Assembly: GCA_028724265.1 (NCBI GenBank)
Contig: JAQYDG010000007.1
Span: 73,982-137,981, forward strand
Direction of reading: 5' to 3'
From: Actinomycetaceae bacterium
GTDB taxonomy: Bacteria > Actinomycetota > Actinomycetes > Actinomycetales > Actinomycetaceae
DNA length: 64,000 nucleotides
Shown here: piece by piece, positions 1 to 9,162 of the stretch
Layout: each line of letters starts with the position of its first letter
How positions within the stretch are numbered: position 1 is the stretch's first letter
Position numbers and translations under genes: made by a program
The notes under the pieces: model-generated
What the model saw: only the letters and a program-made list of their open reading frames with translations
The model's database searches: none
What the model was told of the DNA's origin: nothing

Positions 1-186
1 GCGATGAAAGTCCAGAATATCGACTACAAGGACACAGCAACGCTGCGTCGTTTCATCTCCGATCGCGGCAAAATCCGTTCGCGCCGCGTGACGGGTGTGT
101 CTGTGCAGGATCAGCGTAAGCTTGCGCGCGCGATTAAGAATGCACGCGAGATGGCATTGCTTCCCTACACGAGCACGAAGCGCTGA
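1..186 (+). CDS. rpsR: 30S ribosomal protein S18 (5' end outside window)
   Basis: The translation [50 protein letters not shown] is the conserved S18 core. The frame is open to the window edge, and rplI follows directly as in rpsF-ssb-rpsR-rplI operons. Confidence 0.9.
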   Translation, partial: AMKVQNIDYKDTATLRRFISDRGKIRSRRVTGVSVQDQRKLARAIKNAREMALLPYTSTKR

Positions 187-197
187 GGAGGTTTGTG

Positions 198-659
198 ATG
201 AAGCTGATTTTGACGCATGATGTAGCAAACCTGGGCGTGGCTGGCGACGTTGTGACAGTAAAAGACGGGTATGGCCGCAATTATCTTCTGCCGCGTAGCT
301 ATGCGATGCTGTGGACGAAGGGTGCACAAAAGCAGATCGATCAAATCAACGAGGCACGCCGGAAGCGCACGATCGAATCCCTGGAGGATGCGAATGCTCT
401 GCGTGACACGCTGCAGGAGTTGACGATCGAGATTGAAAAGTCTGCTGGCGAGAATGGCCGTTTGTTTGGTGCCGTAACTCCCGCCGAGATTGCTGAGGCG
501 GCAACCGCTGCTTCAGGGAAGGCGATCGATCGTCATGCAGTGACCTTGGTATCGCCGATTAAGAGCGTTGGAGAATACGTTGCTCATGTGCAGCTGCATA
601 AGGATGTTCAGGCTGTGCTGAAGGTGAATGTGAAAGCGACACCGAAGAAGCGTAAGTAG
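198..659 (+). CDS. rplI: 50S ribosomal protein L9
   Basis: The N-terminus MKLILTHDVANLGVAGDVVTVKDGYGRNYLLP is the canonical L9 N-terminus. I prefer the ATG at 198 over the GTG at 195. Confidence 0.92.
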   Translation: MKLILTHDVANLGVAGDVVTVKDGYGRNYLLPRSYAMLWTKGAQKQIDQINEARRKRTIESLEDANALRDTLQELTIEIEKSAGENGRLFGAVTPAEIAEAATAASGKAIDRHAVTLVSPIKSVGEYVAHVQLHKDVQAVLKVNVKATPKKRK

Positions 660-756
660 CTGCAAGTAGCTGGTTGTGCTGCGTTGCTGTGCTGGTAGTG
701 CCGGTTTCACGCCGGATTCCCGCCCAGCTATTGGCACGCCGGCACAAGATATGTCA

Positions 757-793
757 AAGGGACGGATCACGTTGGTGGTTCGTCCCTTTTATT
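757..793 (+). terminator. Intrinsic terminator after rplI
   Basis: Stem AAGGGACG (757-764) pairs with CGTCCCTT (781-788) around a 16-nt loop. The stem runs into TTTTATT. Confidence 0.7.
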
Positions 794-924
794 ATCGTGT
801 TATTGTCTCGTCGCGGCGTTGCTGCTGTGAGTGACCACTGGCGTCGGTGAGTGACACGCGGCAGTGTGGTGTATGACGTCACATGCGGCAGGGTGTGTTG
901 ATATCTGGGGACACGTACATGGTT

Positions 925-1171
925 TTATCCCCAGCTGTGGATAATTTTGTGGACGGAATAGAGCCGTTTCATGAGGGTTTTACACAACTAACATCAACTT
1001 TTGCTTTTACTCCGGATATTCAGCCGAATTATCCACAGTTTGTGCACCGAGAATTCAACGATATCAAGCGTGTTTCCACAATCATTGTGGATAAGTTCCC
1101 TTGAAGTTTTCACCCATGTCTGTTAGCGACTTTGTGCACACGCGCCGACCGCGACGGCGAGGTGTGGAATA
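925..1171. promoter_or_regulatory. DnaA-box cluster (three perfect TTATCCACA plus at least 5 near matches)
   Basis: Perfect boxes lie at 936-944 (reverse), 1029-1037 (forward) and 1086-1094 (reverse). Near matches lie at 925-933 (TTATCCCCA), 948-956, 1072-1080 (GTTTCCACA), 1132-1140 (TTGTGCACA) and 1163-1171. The surrounding DNA is lower-GC and non-coding, between rplI and dnaB. Confidence 0.7.
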
Positions 1172-1210
1172 GCTGAGCTCAGAAGAAGAGCGGCAGCGAT
1201 CAGAAAATGA

Positions 1211-1258
1211 GAGAGAATAATCAGACATGAAGGAGAGAGAATAATCAGACATGAAGGA
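1211..1258. repeat. Perfect 24-bp tandem duplication (2 copies)
   Basis: GAGAGAATAATCAGACATGAAGGA occurs at 1211-1234 and again at 1235-1258, about 75 bp upstream of the dnaB start. Confidence 0.95.
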
Positions 1259-1331
1259 ATTGTTCCGGGGCATGTGAGTGTCCGCCGGTGTTCCATAGTT
1301 CGGGTACGCATTCCATGGTGAAAGGCAGACG

Positions 1332-2702
1332 ATGAGTGTTGTCAACGAAGCGGCTGAAAGCAGGCAAGCAGTAAGCCGTATTCCTCCGCACGATAATAAT
1401 GCGGAATGGGCTGTGCTCGGGTCGATGATGCTCTCCAAAGAGGCCGTCGCGGATGCTGTTGAGATCGTGCGGCCTGATGATTTTTATCGCGCAATTCATA
1501 CGACGATTTTTACAACGATTGTGGATTTGTTCGGCCACGGTGAGCCAACCGATTTTGTGATGGTGGGTGATCAGTTACGGAAGAATGGTGACCTTGACCG
1601 TGTAGGTGGCATCACCTACCTCCAGACGTTGACCGCAAGCGTCGCCACCCCTGCGAATGTGGAGCATTACGCGCAGATCGTCAAAGAGCAGGCGCAGTTG
1701 CGAGCCCTCGTCAACGCAGGAACACGTATTGTTCAGCTGGGTTTTTCTACTGACGGATCTGACGCGGAAGAGCTTGTGAACACGGCTCAGGCGGAGATTT
1801 TCGCTATTACAGATTCCGCCACCCGATCCGACTATGTGGAGCTGAAAGACACATTGGAGGATATGTATGATCAGCTCCAGCAGAATGCGAGCCGCAATGG
1901 CGAAATCGAGGGGATTCGATCCGGCTTCAGCGAGCTAGATACGAAGCTCAATGGTCTGCGCGGCGGGCAGATGATCATCGTGGCAGCCAGGCCGGGCATG
2001 GGTAAATCGACATTTGCGATGGATGTGTGCCGTCAAGCGGCAATCCACGACCACAAACCGTGTGCCTACTTTTCTTTGGAAATGAACCGTACGGAGCTTG
2101 TGATGCGCCTGCTTTCTGCAGAGTCGCACGTGCCGCTCTCCGCCATGTTAAATGGCGATTTGACGCAGCCTAACTGGGATGCAATCAGCCGTACGATGAG
2201 CAACGTCAGTGAGGCTCCACTTCTGATTGATGATTCTCCGAACCTCACACTGCCGGAGATCCGCGCAAAATGCCGACGTATGAAGCGCCAATACGATCTT
2301 CAGCTAGTGGTGATTGACTATCTGCAGTTGCTTTCCTCGGGCAGGCGTAATGTTGAAAGCCGGCAGCAGGAGGTTTCCGACTTTTCGCGTTCCATCAAGC
2401 TACTGGCAAAGGAGCTAGATGTTCCGATTATTGCGGTTGCTCAGCTCAACCGTGACCCAGAAAAGCGCAATGACAAGCGGCCTCAGGTTGCCGACTTGCG
2501 CGAATCGGGCTCTTTGGAACAGGATGCGGACGTCGTGCTGCTGATTCACCGGCCAGATCAGTACTCGGACGATCCGAGTATCGCAGGTAATGCAGAGATT
2601 ATTGTCGGCAAGCAGCGTTCGGGTCCCACCGGAACCATTGAACTGATGTTTCAAGGGAACTTCTCGCGTTTTGCTGAGGTCGCCCAGGTTCCCGAATACT
2701 AG
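1332..2702 (+). CDS. dnaB: Replicative DNA helicase DnaB
   Basis: The 456-aa product has the N-terminal PPHDNNAEWAVLGSMM motif, Walker A ARPGMGKST, and the VIDYLQL and QLNR motifs. No intein-sized insertion is present. Confidence 0.95.
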   Translation: MSVVNEAAESRQAVSRIPPHDNNAEWAVLGSMMLSKEAVADAVEIVRPDDFYRAIHTTIFTTIVDLFGHGEPTDFVMVGDQLRKNGDLDRVGGITYLQTLTASVATPANVEHYAQIVKEQAQLRALVNAGTRIVQLGFSTDGSDAEELVNTAQAEIFAITDSATRSDYVELKDTLEDMYDQLQQNASRNGEIEGIRSGFSELDTKLNGLRGGQMIIVAARPGMGKSTFAMDVCRQAAIHDHKPCAYFSLEMNRTELVMRLLSAESHVPLSAMLNGDLTQPNWDAISRTMSNVSEAPLLIDDSPNLTLPEIRAKCRRMKRQYDLQLVVIDYLQLLSSGRRNVESRQQEVSDFSRSIKLLAKELDVPIIAVAQLNRDPEKRNDKRPQVADLRESGSLEQDADVVLLIHRPDQYSDDPSIAGNAEIIVGKQRSGPTGTIELMFQGNFSRFAEVAQVPEY

Positions 2703-2722
2703 GAAAATCCCAAGGGTTGTTG

Positions 2723-3424
2723 CTAGTCCTCATCCAGCTCGTTGGTTGTGGCAGTATACGCGGGTAGTGCTGCGTCAAGTTGGCCGAGCAGAGTGTGAAA
2801 GAACGCTGTCTGCGTATCCAATGCCTGCTCCCACAGGCGCTGACAGGTGGCGGTAGCGCAGTGGTAGGAGCGCTGCGCTTGAACGCGGGCAAGGCTCTTT
2901 TTCAGGACGCTGAGCTGAGCGGGCAGATCGAGGGATTCGAAATGCTTGTGTGCCAGCGATTCATAGATCCTGTACACGGCAAAACGATCCACATTGTCGC
3001 AGTCCCCCACGGATCGTGCAAGGATCGTTGGCTCAGTGGTGAAATCGGCAACGCCCGTATAGTCGGGGGATTCCGGAGGATAGTTGTACCGCCCATCGGT
3101 GTGCATTGCGATGCCCTGGCAGATCTCTTCGGTGTCGTCAAGGTTCATCCCATGTTCCACCAGCCATGGACGCACCAGGCGTGCCGCTCCCCGCCCGTGA
3201 TCGACATGCCATCGAGTGTCGAATTTTGCAACGTCATGCAAAAGGCATGCGAGCTCAAGTTTGTCGGCATCGAGCCCTTCAGCCTCGCCCACGGTTCGCC
3301 CGATCCCGGCGACACGAACACAGTGCAGAAAACGATAGCGGCGCCATTCCAGTGACACCCCGTGTTCGCGCATCAGGTGATCGTGCACAAAATGAAGTGC
3401 AGGCTCATACAGGGGTGAGGACAT
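2723..3424 (-). CDS. HD-domain phosphohydrolase
   Basis: The HD motif LLHDVAKF is present with downstream His/Asp residues. I chose the ATG at 3424 because AAGGAG lies just upstream. The longest ORF extends to 3445. Confidence 0.75.
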   Translation of the reverse strand: MSSPLYEPALHFVHDHLMREHGVSLEWRRYRFLHCVRVAGIGRTVGEAEGLDADKLELACLLHDVAKFDTRWHVDHGRGAARLVRPWLVEHGMNLDDTEEICQGIAMHTDGRYNYPPESPDYTGVADFTTEPTILARSVGDCDNVDRFAVYRIYESLAHKHFESLDLPAQLSVLKKSLARVQAQRSYHCATATCQRLWEQALDTQTAFFHTLLGQLDAALPAYTATTNELDED

Positions 3425-3538
3425 GAGGCTCCTTTCGCATGGCAACCCAAGGTATCTTCATTGTATGACGCTCAAACTGCGACGCTGATGTGCTGTAACA
3501 TCGCGACAGAGTAACAGCGTGGAGGCGCAACGTGGGCA

Positions 3539-4999
3539 GTGGAGAAGATCGCCTACCATGATTGCGTAGATTACAAAACACATCAAAAGGTACACACCCA
3601 ACCACCAACCCGATACCCTGAATTTATGCATACTGGGAAGTACCGGATTCCGAGCCACACAATTTACGAGCATTGGCTTGATGTTCCGTTGGATTACTTT
3701 GGCGCACTGGAGCGCCTGCCTGAGGGGACGTCTACAGCGGGTATTGGCATGTCAATCACGATTTTTGCCCGCGAGTATGTTCGTGATGGTCAGGAGAATG
3801 CTCCCCGACTGGTTTTTTTCCAGGGTGGGCCGGGGAATGCTGCGCCGCGTATGGCGCCTCTTGGCAGCTGGCTCGATACGGCATTGAACTATTTCCGTGT
3901 CGTCTTGCTTGACGAACGCGGCACAGGAAACTCGAATCCCTTAGAAGCGAGCGCGATCACGTCAGTGGGGAGCCCAGAGGTTCAAGCTGCTTACCTCTCC
4001 TGCTTCCGGCAGGATTCGATTGTGCAGGATGCCGAGCGAATGCGGCAAGCGCTCCAAGGCGATACGAAGTGGGCTGCTCTTGGGCAGAGCTTCGGTGGTT
4101 TTTGTGTGACGTGCTACCTCAGCCAGGCTCCTGAGGGGCTCTCTGAAGCCTTTATTACTGCAGGTCTTCCCTCAACCCATCTGCATCCGGATGAAGTCTA
4201 TCGGCGCACCTATGCACAGACTGCTGTGCGCAATCGTCAACTGTTCGAACGCTATCCCGGTGACGAAGAAACAGCCTGGTATATTGCGGAACATCTGGCT
4301 GACGTGGAGGAATATTTGCCAACGGGTGAGCGCCTGACGCCGGGGCGTTTCCGTCAGCTGGGTATGGTGCTCGGGTATTCATACGGTTTGGAATCGCTCC
4401 ATTTTCTCCTCGAAGATCCCATCTGGAATTTCCATGGGCAGCGCCGGATTCGTCCTCAAACGCTTGCGAAGTTTGGGCATGCCCTCTCCTTTGCAGATGA
4501 CCCCTTATATGCGGTTCTGCACGAGTCGATCTACGGCCAGGAATCAGTGGGTGCGCTGGGGTGGAGTGCGCAGCGCGTACGCGGAGAGTTCCCGGAATTC
4601 GATTTGCCGGCGCGAGCGGCGGGAGCCTCCGGTGAAATGGATCTTCGCACGCTAGGCGAGGAGCGCGGATTCAGCTTCCGTTTCACCGGTGAACATATTT
4701 TCCCGTGGCAGTTTGACGAAGATCCTGCGCTGCGCGGATTGAAACCGGCAGCTGAAAACCTGGAATTCTCCACGCATCTGCCCAATCTCTACGACCGTGA
4801 TGTTCTGGCCGAGAACACCGTGCCGACGGCTGCGTGGATATACGTCGACGATATGTTTGTGCCGTTCGACCTCTCACGTCAGACTGCCAGCGAAATTCGC
4901 GGGCTTCGGCCGCTGATCTCCAACAAGTATCATCATGACGCTCTGCGCACAGCAGGTCCTGGAATTGTGGAGGATCTTGTGGCAGCGGTTCGTCAGTAG
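3539..4999 (+). CDS. Prolyl aminopeptidase / S33 alpha-beta hydrolase
   Basis: The product has the GGPG oxyanion motif (FFQGGPGNA) and the GQSFGG nucleophile elbow. The start is uncertain. An alternative ATG lies at 3626. Confidence 0.8.
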   Translation: MEKIAYHDCVDYKTHQKVHTQPPTRYPEFMHTGKYRIPSHTIYEHWLDVPLDYFGALERLPEGTSTAGIGMSITIFAREYVRDGQENAPRLVFFQGGPGNAAPRMAPLGSWLDTALNYFRVVLLDERGTGNSNPLEASAITSVGSPEVQAAYLSCFRQDSIVQDAERMRQALQGDTKWAALGQSFGGFCVTCYLSQAPEGLSEAFITAGLPSTHLHPDEVYRRTYAQTAVRNRQLFERYPGDEETAWYIAEHLADVEEYLPTGERLTPGRFRQLGMVLGYSYGLESLHFLLEDPIWNFHGQRRIRPQTLAKFGHALSFADDPLYAVLHESIYGQESVGALGWSAQRVRGEFPEFDLPARAAGASGEMDLRTLGEERGFSFRFTGEHIFPWQFDEDPALRGLKPAAENLEFSTHLPNLYDRDVLAENTVPTAAWIYVDDMFVPFDLSRQTASEIRGLRPLISNKYHHDALRTAGPGIVEDLVAAVRQ

Positions 5000-5080
5000 G
5001 TGTAATAGCGATTCGTGGGTTTGTCAGCGAGGGTAACCGGTTCATCGGCCAATTGGTTAATTGAATAGTCGGTTAATCGG

Positions 5081-5668
5081 TTAGTCGCCCTGCTCTTCCT
5101 TCAGTTCTTCCTTCAGCCGTGGAACAGACGTCTTTTCGGGGTGGATGCCCTGCTTGCCTCGATAAAAAGCGCGCAGGCGCTCCATGTCCGCATGCGCGTC
5201 ACCCGTCATCATCACGGCCGGCCCCCAGCCGAAGGTTCTCGTGGTGGAGTCAATAAATCCGAGAACAACAGGAATGTGGGCGCCGAGGGCGATGTGATAG
5301 AAGCCAGACTTCCAGTAGTCCTTTTTGGCGCGCGTTCCTTTAGGCGCCAACACAATGCTGAAGGCGTCGGACGCGTTGGCCTGCTCCACCACCTGATCGA
5401 CCATGCCATGATGGTGGGAGCGCTCGACAGCGAGCCCACCAACCTTTTTGATGATCCAACCGATCACAGGTATCTTTGCTGCGGAGTCTTTCACCAAAAA
5501 GTGGAGCGGCAAACCAGTTTTCCAGAAGGCAGCAACCATCAAAACGCCGTCCATATACGATGTGTGTGGTGCCCCGATCATCACGAATTTCTGTGGCGTC
5601 TCGTCATGAACGAATGTCCACGAGGAGAAACGCAGGTACGTGTTGGCAATAAAGGCGCGAAAACCCAT
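5081..5668 (-). CDS. 1-acyl-sn-glycerol-3-phosphate acyltransferase family protein
   Basis: The HX4D acyltransferase motif HTSYMD is present, with a downstream PKGTR-type block (LAPKGTRAK). Confidence 0.75.
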   Translation of the reverse strand: MGFRAFIANTYLRFSSWTFVHDETPQKFVMIGAPHTSYMDGVLMVAAFWKTGLPLHFLVKDSAAKIPVIGWIIKKVGGLAVERSHHHGMVDQVVEQANASDAFSIVLAPKGTRAKKDYWKSGFYHIALGAHIPVVLGFIDSTTRTFGWGPAVMMTGDAHADMERLRAFYRGKQGIHPEKTSVPRLKEELKEEQGD

Positions 5669-5798
5669 TCAGATTCTCCTTGGCAAGGTGTTCCCGTGTA
5701 ATGTGCCATAGTCTACCCGCCTGCTATGTGCGTGCATCGTCTGCACGGCTCGCGCTGTGGTTTCCACTTCCGGTACCTGCTGTACGTAAGCTAAGTGT

Positions 5799-6470
5799 AT
5801 GGCTGGAATACACCCCATCGAATTTGACACGGAGAGCTTCGAGTTCGAGCGAAAGTTCTATGTAGAGTCTTTGCCGCAGGACCTCTTGAAAGCAGCCGGC
5901 TGTGATGTGATCGTCCAGAGTTACCTGTTTGCGCGCGATGGATATGCGGTGCGCATCCGGATCACGTTTACGGACGAAAAGCTTGATTTTCCACGCTTTG
6001 ACGAGGCAACAGATTACCGTGGGGCGTATGAACGTAAGCTGTTGTCCGAACTGATGGCGCGCGCAGGTTCTGATCGGGAGAAGGTGCGGGCACATATTGC
6101 CGTCAAGTCACCGACGGTTGGCGCTCAACGTTACGAGTTTGAGCGCGAGATCGACCTTGACGTTGCTGTTCAGATTCTGCGTCGATGTGATGGCGTGATC
6201 GTCAAGAATCGATTTTCAACGTGGATTGACGAAGACGGGTGGCAGTGTGACGTTTTTTCAGGTGAAAACGCGGGGCTTATCGTGGCAGAAGTGGAGAGGG
6301 CTGTGCCTGTAACAAACCTGAAAATACCGTCGTTTTGCGTGAGTGAAGTGTCTGAGGATATGAGGTTTACCAATGACCACCTGTCGATCGAGCCATTCGC
6401 GCGATGGGGAGCCGCGTTTAAAGCCGAGCTTGAAGTGCGCGGTCCACATTTTATGGATCTCGAAGGTTAG
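5799..6470 (+). CDS. CYTH-domain protein (triphosphate tunnel metalloenzyme family)
   Basis: The N-terminal ExExK signature (FEFERKF) is followed by the QSYL, RIRI, K..R.E.E and LIVAEVE blocks typical of CYTH folds. Confidence 0.75.
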   Translation: MAGIHPIEFDTESFEFERKFYVESLPQDLLKAAGCDVIVQSYLFARDGYAVRIRITFTDEKLDFPRFDEATDYRGAYERKLLSELMARAGSDREKVRAHIAVKSPTVGAQRYEFEREIDLDVAVQILRRCDGVIVKNRFSTWIDEDGWQCDVFSGENAGLIVAEVERAVPVTNLKIPSFCVSEVSEDMRFTNDHLSIEPFARWGAAFKAELEVRGPHFMDLEG

Positions 6471-6901
6471 GCGCGTGGGATCATCCGCGAGCAGCGCGGC
6501 GATGAGTCGCACAGGTGCTTTTGATTGGCCAACGTGCCAATTTGACTGACTAACGTCCCAAAATGACGCGCGACGTGGCACTGGTCACTTGTGTATTTTT
6601 TGAGCCGCACGCATGAACGAATGGCCGATACCCCAGCAATATGAACAAGGTTTTGATATAGTGAACGGCGTTTTTTGCGCGGCAACACGCGCATCATTCG
6701 TGCTAAAAAATAGAAACAATTGTGTGCCATTCGCTGCGTTACGGGCAGACTGCCCCAGGTTGCGTTGCTTGGCGTCTATGATACTCTGAAAACAACAAAC
6801 AAGACCTGCGCCATCGTGCTCCTTCATTGTTGCGATGCGCGCCAGGGTTAGGCATAGCGGATCCAGTTGAGGTGAGCAGCTGAGATCGCAGTCCTGTCCC
6901 T

Positions 6902-6949
6902 GCGGGGTGGCCGGAGTGCTGCTGTCGTCCAGGCCACCCCGCCTTTTTA
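6902..6949 (+). terminator. Orphan intrinsic terminator (no upstream CDS)
   Basis: GCGGGGTGGCC (6902-6912) pairs with GGCCACCCCGC (6932-6942) and is followed by CTTTTTA. The nearest plus-strand CDS ends 430 bp upstream. Confidence 0.7.
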
Positions 6950-7362
6950 TACCCAATTATCTTTGTCTATACATGATTGTTCCTAGGCAGAGTAGTCGGG
7001 TGTCCTGTTCTGGTGTCTACCGATGGCGGTGCGCCGCACACTACCTCATGCTCTGAAGGCGGAGAAACTGATGGCTGTGGAGTATTTTCAGCGAGATTAC
7101 GACGAAATCGCTGAGAGTTCAGCATCACATGCTATTGTGCTCGCTTGCGCAGGACTCGTCAAAATTGCATCGAATAACGCGCTGTTTTATGGTGGAGGTC
7201 ACAAACATTTGATAGAGTTGTTTATAGCTTTCAGATGCAGGAAGTGATGCTTCGGGTGCGGACTCTACGGAGTGTCCGGCAATAAACGTATGGCGTTGCG
7301 CCGTGTTTGGTCTGTGTTATAAATCTGTAAAACCTATATGATATAACAAGGAGGATGTGTCA

Positions 7363-9075
7363 ATGAAGGACTTTAAAGACAAAGTCGCTCTCATTACCGG
7401 GGGTGCAAATGGCATTGGAAAGGCCTTTGCAATAGAAGCTGCAAAACGCGGCATGAAGATTGCTCTCGTGGATATCGATGAACCTGATTTGGTCGGAACG
7501 CAGGCGGTGCTTCAGGGTCTGGGAGCCGACGTGATTACGCTTCACACGGACGTGACGGACTACAACGAGGTGAAGAAGAGCGTCGAGCAGACCGTGAAGG
7601 CATTCGGGCATATCGATTTGCTTTTCAATAATGCCGGTATTGCTCCAGCTGGGGATCTGCTGGAACTCCCGGTGAGGGACTGGCAGTGGGCAGTCCAGGT
7701 CAATCTGGTCAGCCATGGGTACTACTATCGGGAAGTGCTGCCCATTATGGAAAAGCAGGGCACCCCGGCGCATGTTGTTGCGACGGCATCCGTTGCCGGT
7801 ATTATCCCTGGTTTCGGATCGAACCCCGCATATTCCACTACCAAGCACGGAGCTTTGGCTCTCACAGAGGATCTGCGGGTCTATGCGAAGGTGCATGATC
7901 TCGACATTGGTGTGACGTGCTACTGCCCGGGATTTGTCCAAACGGATATTCATCATTCCATGCGTCATCGGCCGGCACGCTTTACCAATACGGAAGATCC
8001 GTGGTATTCCTCTGACGGATACCGCGCCCGCTTGGAGCGTACGAATGTCAATATTTCTACAGGTATTCCGATCGACAGTGTGGGTCCGCGCATTTTTGAG
8101 GCAGTCGAAAAGAACGACCCCTATATCTTTACTCACCCGGAGTACAACCCGCTGGTGAAGGCGCGTCACGCTGCTATCGAAAAGGATGGTGAAGCCTACG
8201 ACGGCTTGGATATCCCAACGGATCGCGATTTTACCGGTCAGGTTGCGCTGATTACCGGTGCGGCCAGCGGGTTCGGCAAGGCTTTCGCCTCCGAAGCAGT
8301 GAATCGTGGAATGAAGCTTGCGCTGGTAGATATCCAGGAGGAGAAGCTGCGCGATGTTGCCGGTCAGCTGGAGGATAAGGGAGCTGAGGTGCTCGTACTG
8401 CCCGCAGACGTTTCGCTTCCTGACGATGTAGCGATGACCGTTGCAAAGACGATGGAACGCTACGGGCAGATCGATGTGCTTTTCGCCAATGCCGGCGTCG
8501 CAGCTCTAGGTGATGAATCGCATCTGAAGCCGCGCGACTGGGATTGGGCAGCGAGCACCGATTTGCTGAGCCACGCCTATTACTATCGCGAAGTCCTTCC
8601 CATCATGATCAAGCAGGGTACTCCAGCCAATATCATGAGCACCGCCTCGATTGCCGGCATTATCCCCGGTTTTGCGAAGGTGCCGACGTATGCCGCAACG
8701 AAGCACGCCCTTGTTGGTCTCGTTGAATCTGCCGTGTCGTATTTGAAGGCTCATGATATTGACACCATCAAGATGTCTGTTTTCTGCCCTGGCTTTATTC
8801 AAACCCAGCTGCATCATTCAGATGAATATCGGCCTGAGCGGTTCGCAATGGGTGACGACCCGTACTATCAGTCCGATTACTACCAGGAACAAGTGAAGGA
8901 GCTGGAATACGACATTACGACGGGCACGCCCATCGATCCGGTGGGGAAGCGCCTGTTCAAGGCGATGGCAGAAGGCCAGCTGTATGTGTTGACGCATCCG
9001 AAGCACATTAAGCAGTTCGCGGCGCGCCATCGCAAGATCGAGGAGTACCTTCCTGCCGATGTGGCCGAATCTTAG
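7363..9075 (+). CDS. Tandem-fused double short-chain dehydrogenase/reductase (SDR-SDR)
   Basis: The protein consists of two SDR modules of about 280 aa each. Module 1 carries TGGANGIGKA, ATASVAG and YSTTK. Module 2 carries TGAASGFGKA, STASIAG and YAATK. AAGGAGGA lies upstream of the ATG at 7363. Confidence 0.88.
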   Translation: MKDFKDKVALITGGANGIGKAFAIEAAKRGMKIALVDIDEPDLVGTQAVLQGLGADVITLHTDVTDYNEVKKSVEQTVKAFGHIDLLFNNAGIAPAGDLLELPVRDWQWAVQVNLVSHGYYYREVLPIMEKQGTPAHVVATASVAGIIPGFGSNPAYSTTKHGALALTEDLRVYAKVHDLDIGVTCYCPGFVQTDIHHSMRHRPARFTNTEDPWYSSDGYRARLERTNVNISTGIPIDSVGPRIFEAVEKNDPYIFTHPEYNPLVKARHAAIEKDGEAYDGLDIPTDRDFTGQVALITGAASGFGKAFASEAVNRGMKLALVDIQEEKLRDVAGQLEDKGAEVLVLPADVSLPDDVAMTVAKTMERYGQIDVLFANAGVAALGDESHLKPRDWDWAASTDLLSHAYYYREVLPIMIKQGTPANIMSTASIAGIIPGFAKVPTYAATKHALVGLVESAVSYLKAHDIDTIKMSVFCPGFIQTQLHHSDEYRPERFAMGDDPYYQSDYYQEQVKELEYDITTGTPIDPVGKRLFKAMAEGQLYVLTHPKHIKQFAARHRKIEEYLPADVAES

Positions 9076-9162
9076 GGATCGTGTGGGTGATGAAAGCGCA
9101 CGCACTCGCGCTTCGTCACCCGTTGATACGTGTTGTCATCATGATGAATACAAGGAGGATTG

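Noticed and set aside
883-1104. A 73-aa plus-strand ORF in the rplI-dnaB spacer
   Set aside because: It has no RBS and atypical composition, and it is completely overlaid by the DnaA-box cluster in a lower-GC region. It is more likely non-coding regulatory DNA.
6700-6949. tmRNA, SRP RNA, 6C or RNase P identity for the terminator-bounded region
   Set aside because: None of the hallmark sequences is visible. These would be a tRNA-like CCA end with a tag ORF, the GGAAGCAGCC SRP domain IV, or C-rich 6C loops.
6585-7247. ORFs 6585-6956 (-), 6467-6730 (-) and 7023-7247 (+) in the gene-free stretch
   Set aside because: There are no RBSs. The compositions are Cys/Arg-rich and non-protein-like. One ORF starts inside the reverse complement of a terminator hairpin. 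I recognise no motif in any of them.
7360-8169. A 269-aa minus-strand ORF antisense to the SDR gene. Similar long shadow ORFs occur at 10167-10691, 13868-14704, 16219-16851, 18680-19378, 41495-42487 and 44207-45076.
   Set aside because: Each lies entirely antisense to a CDS with clear family motifs. Their compositions are Arg/His/Pro-rich, typical of shadow frames in GC-rich DNA.
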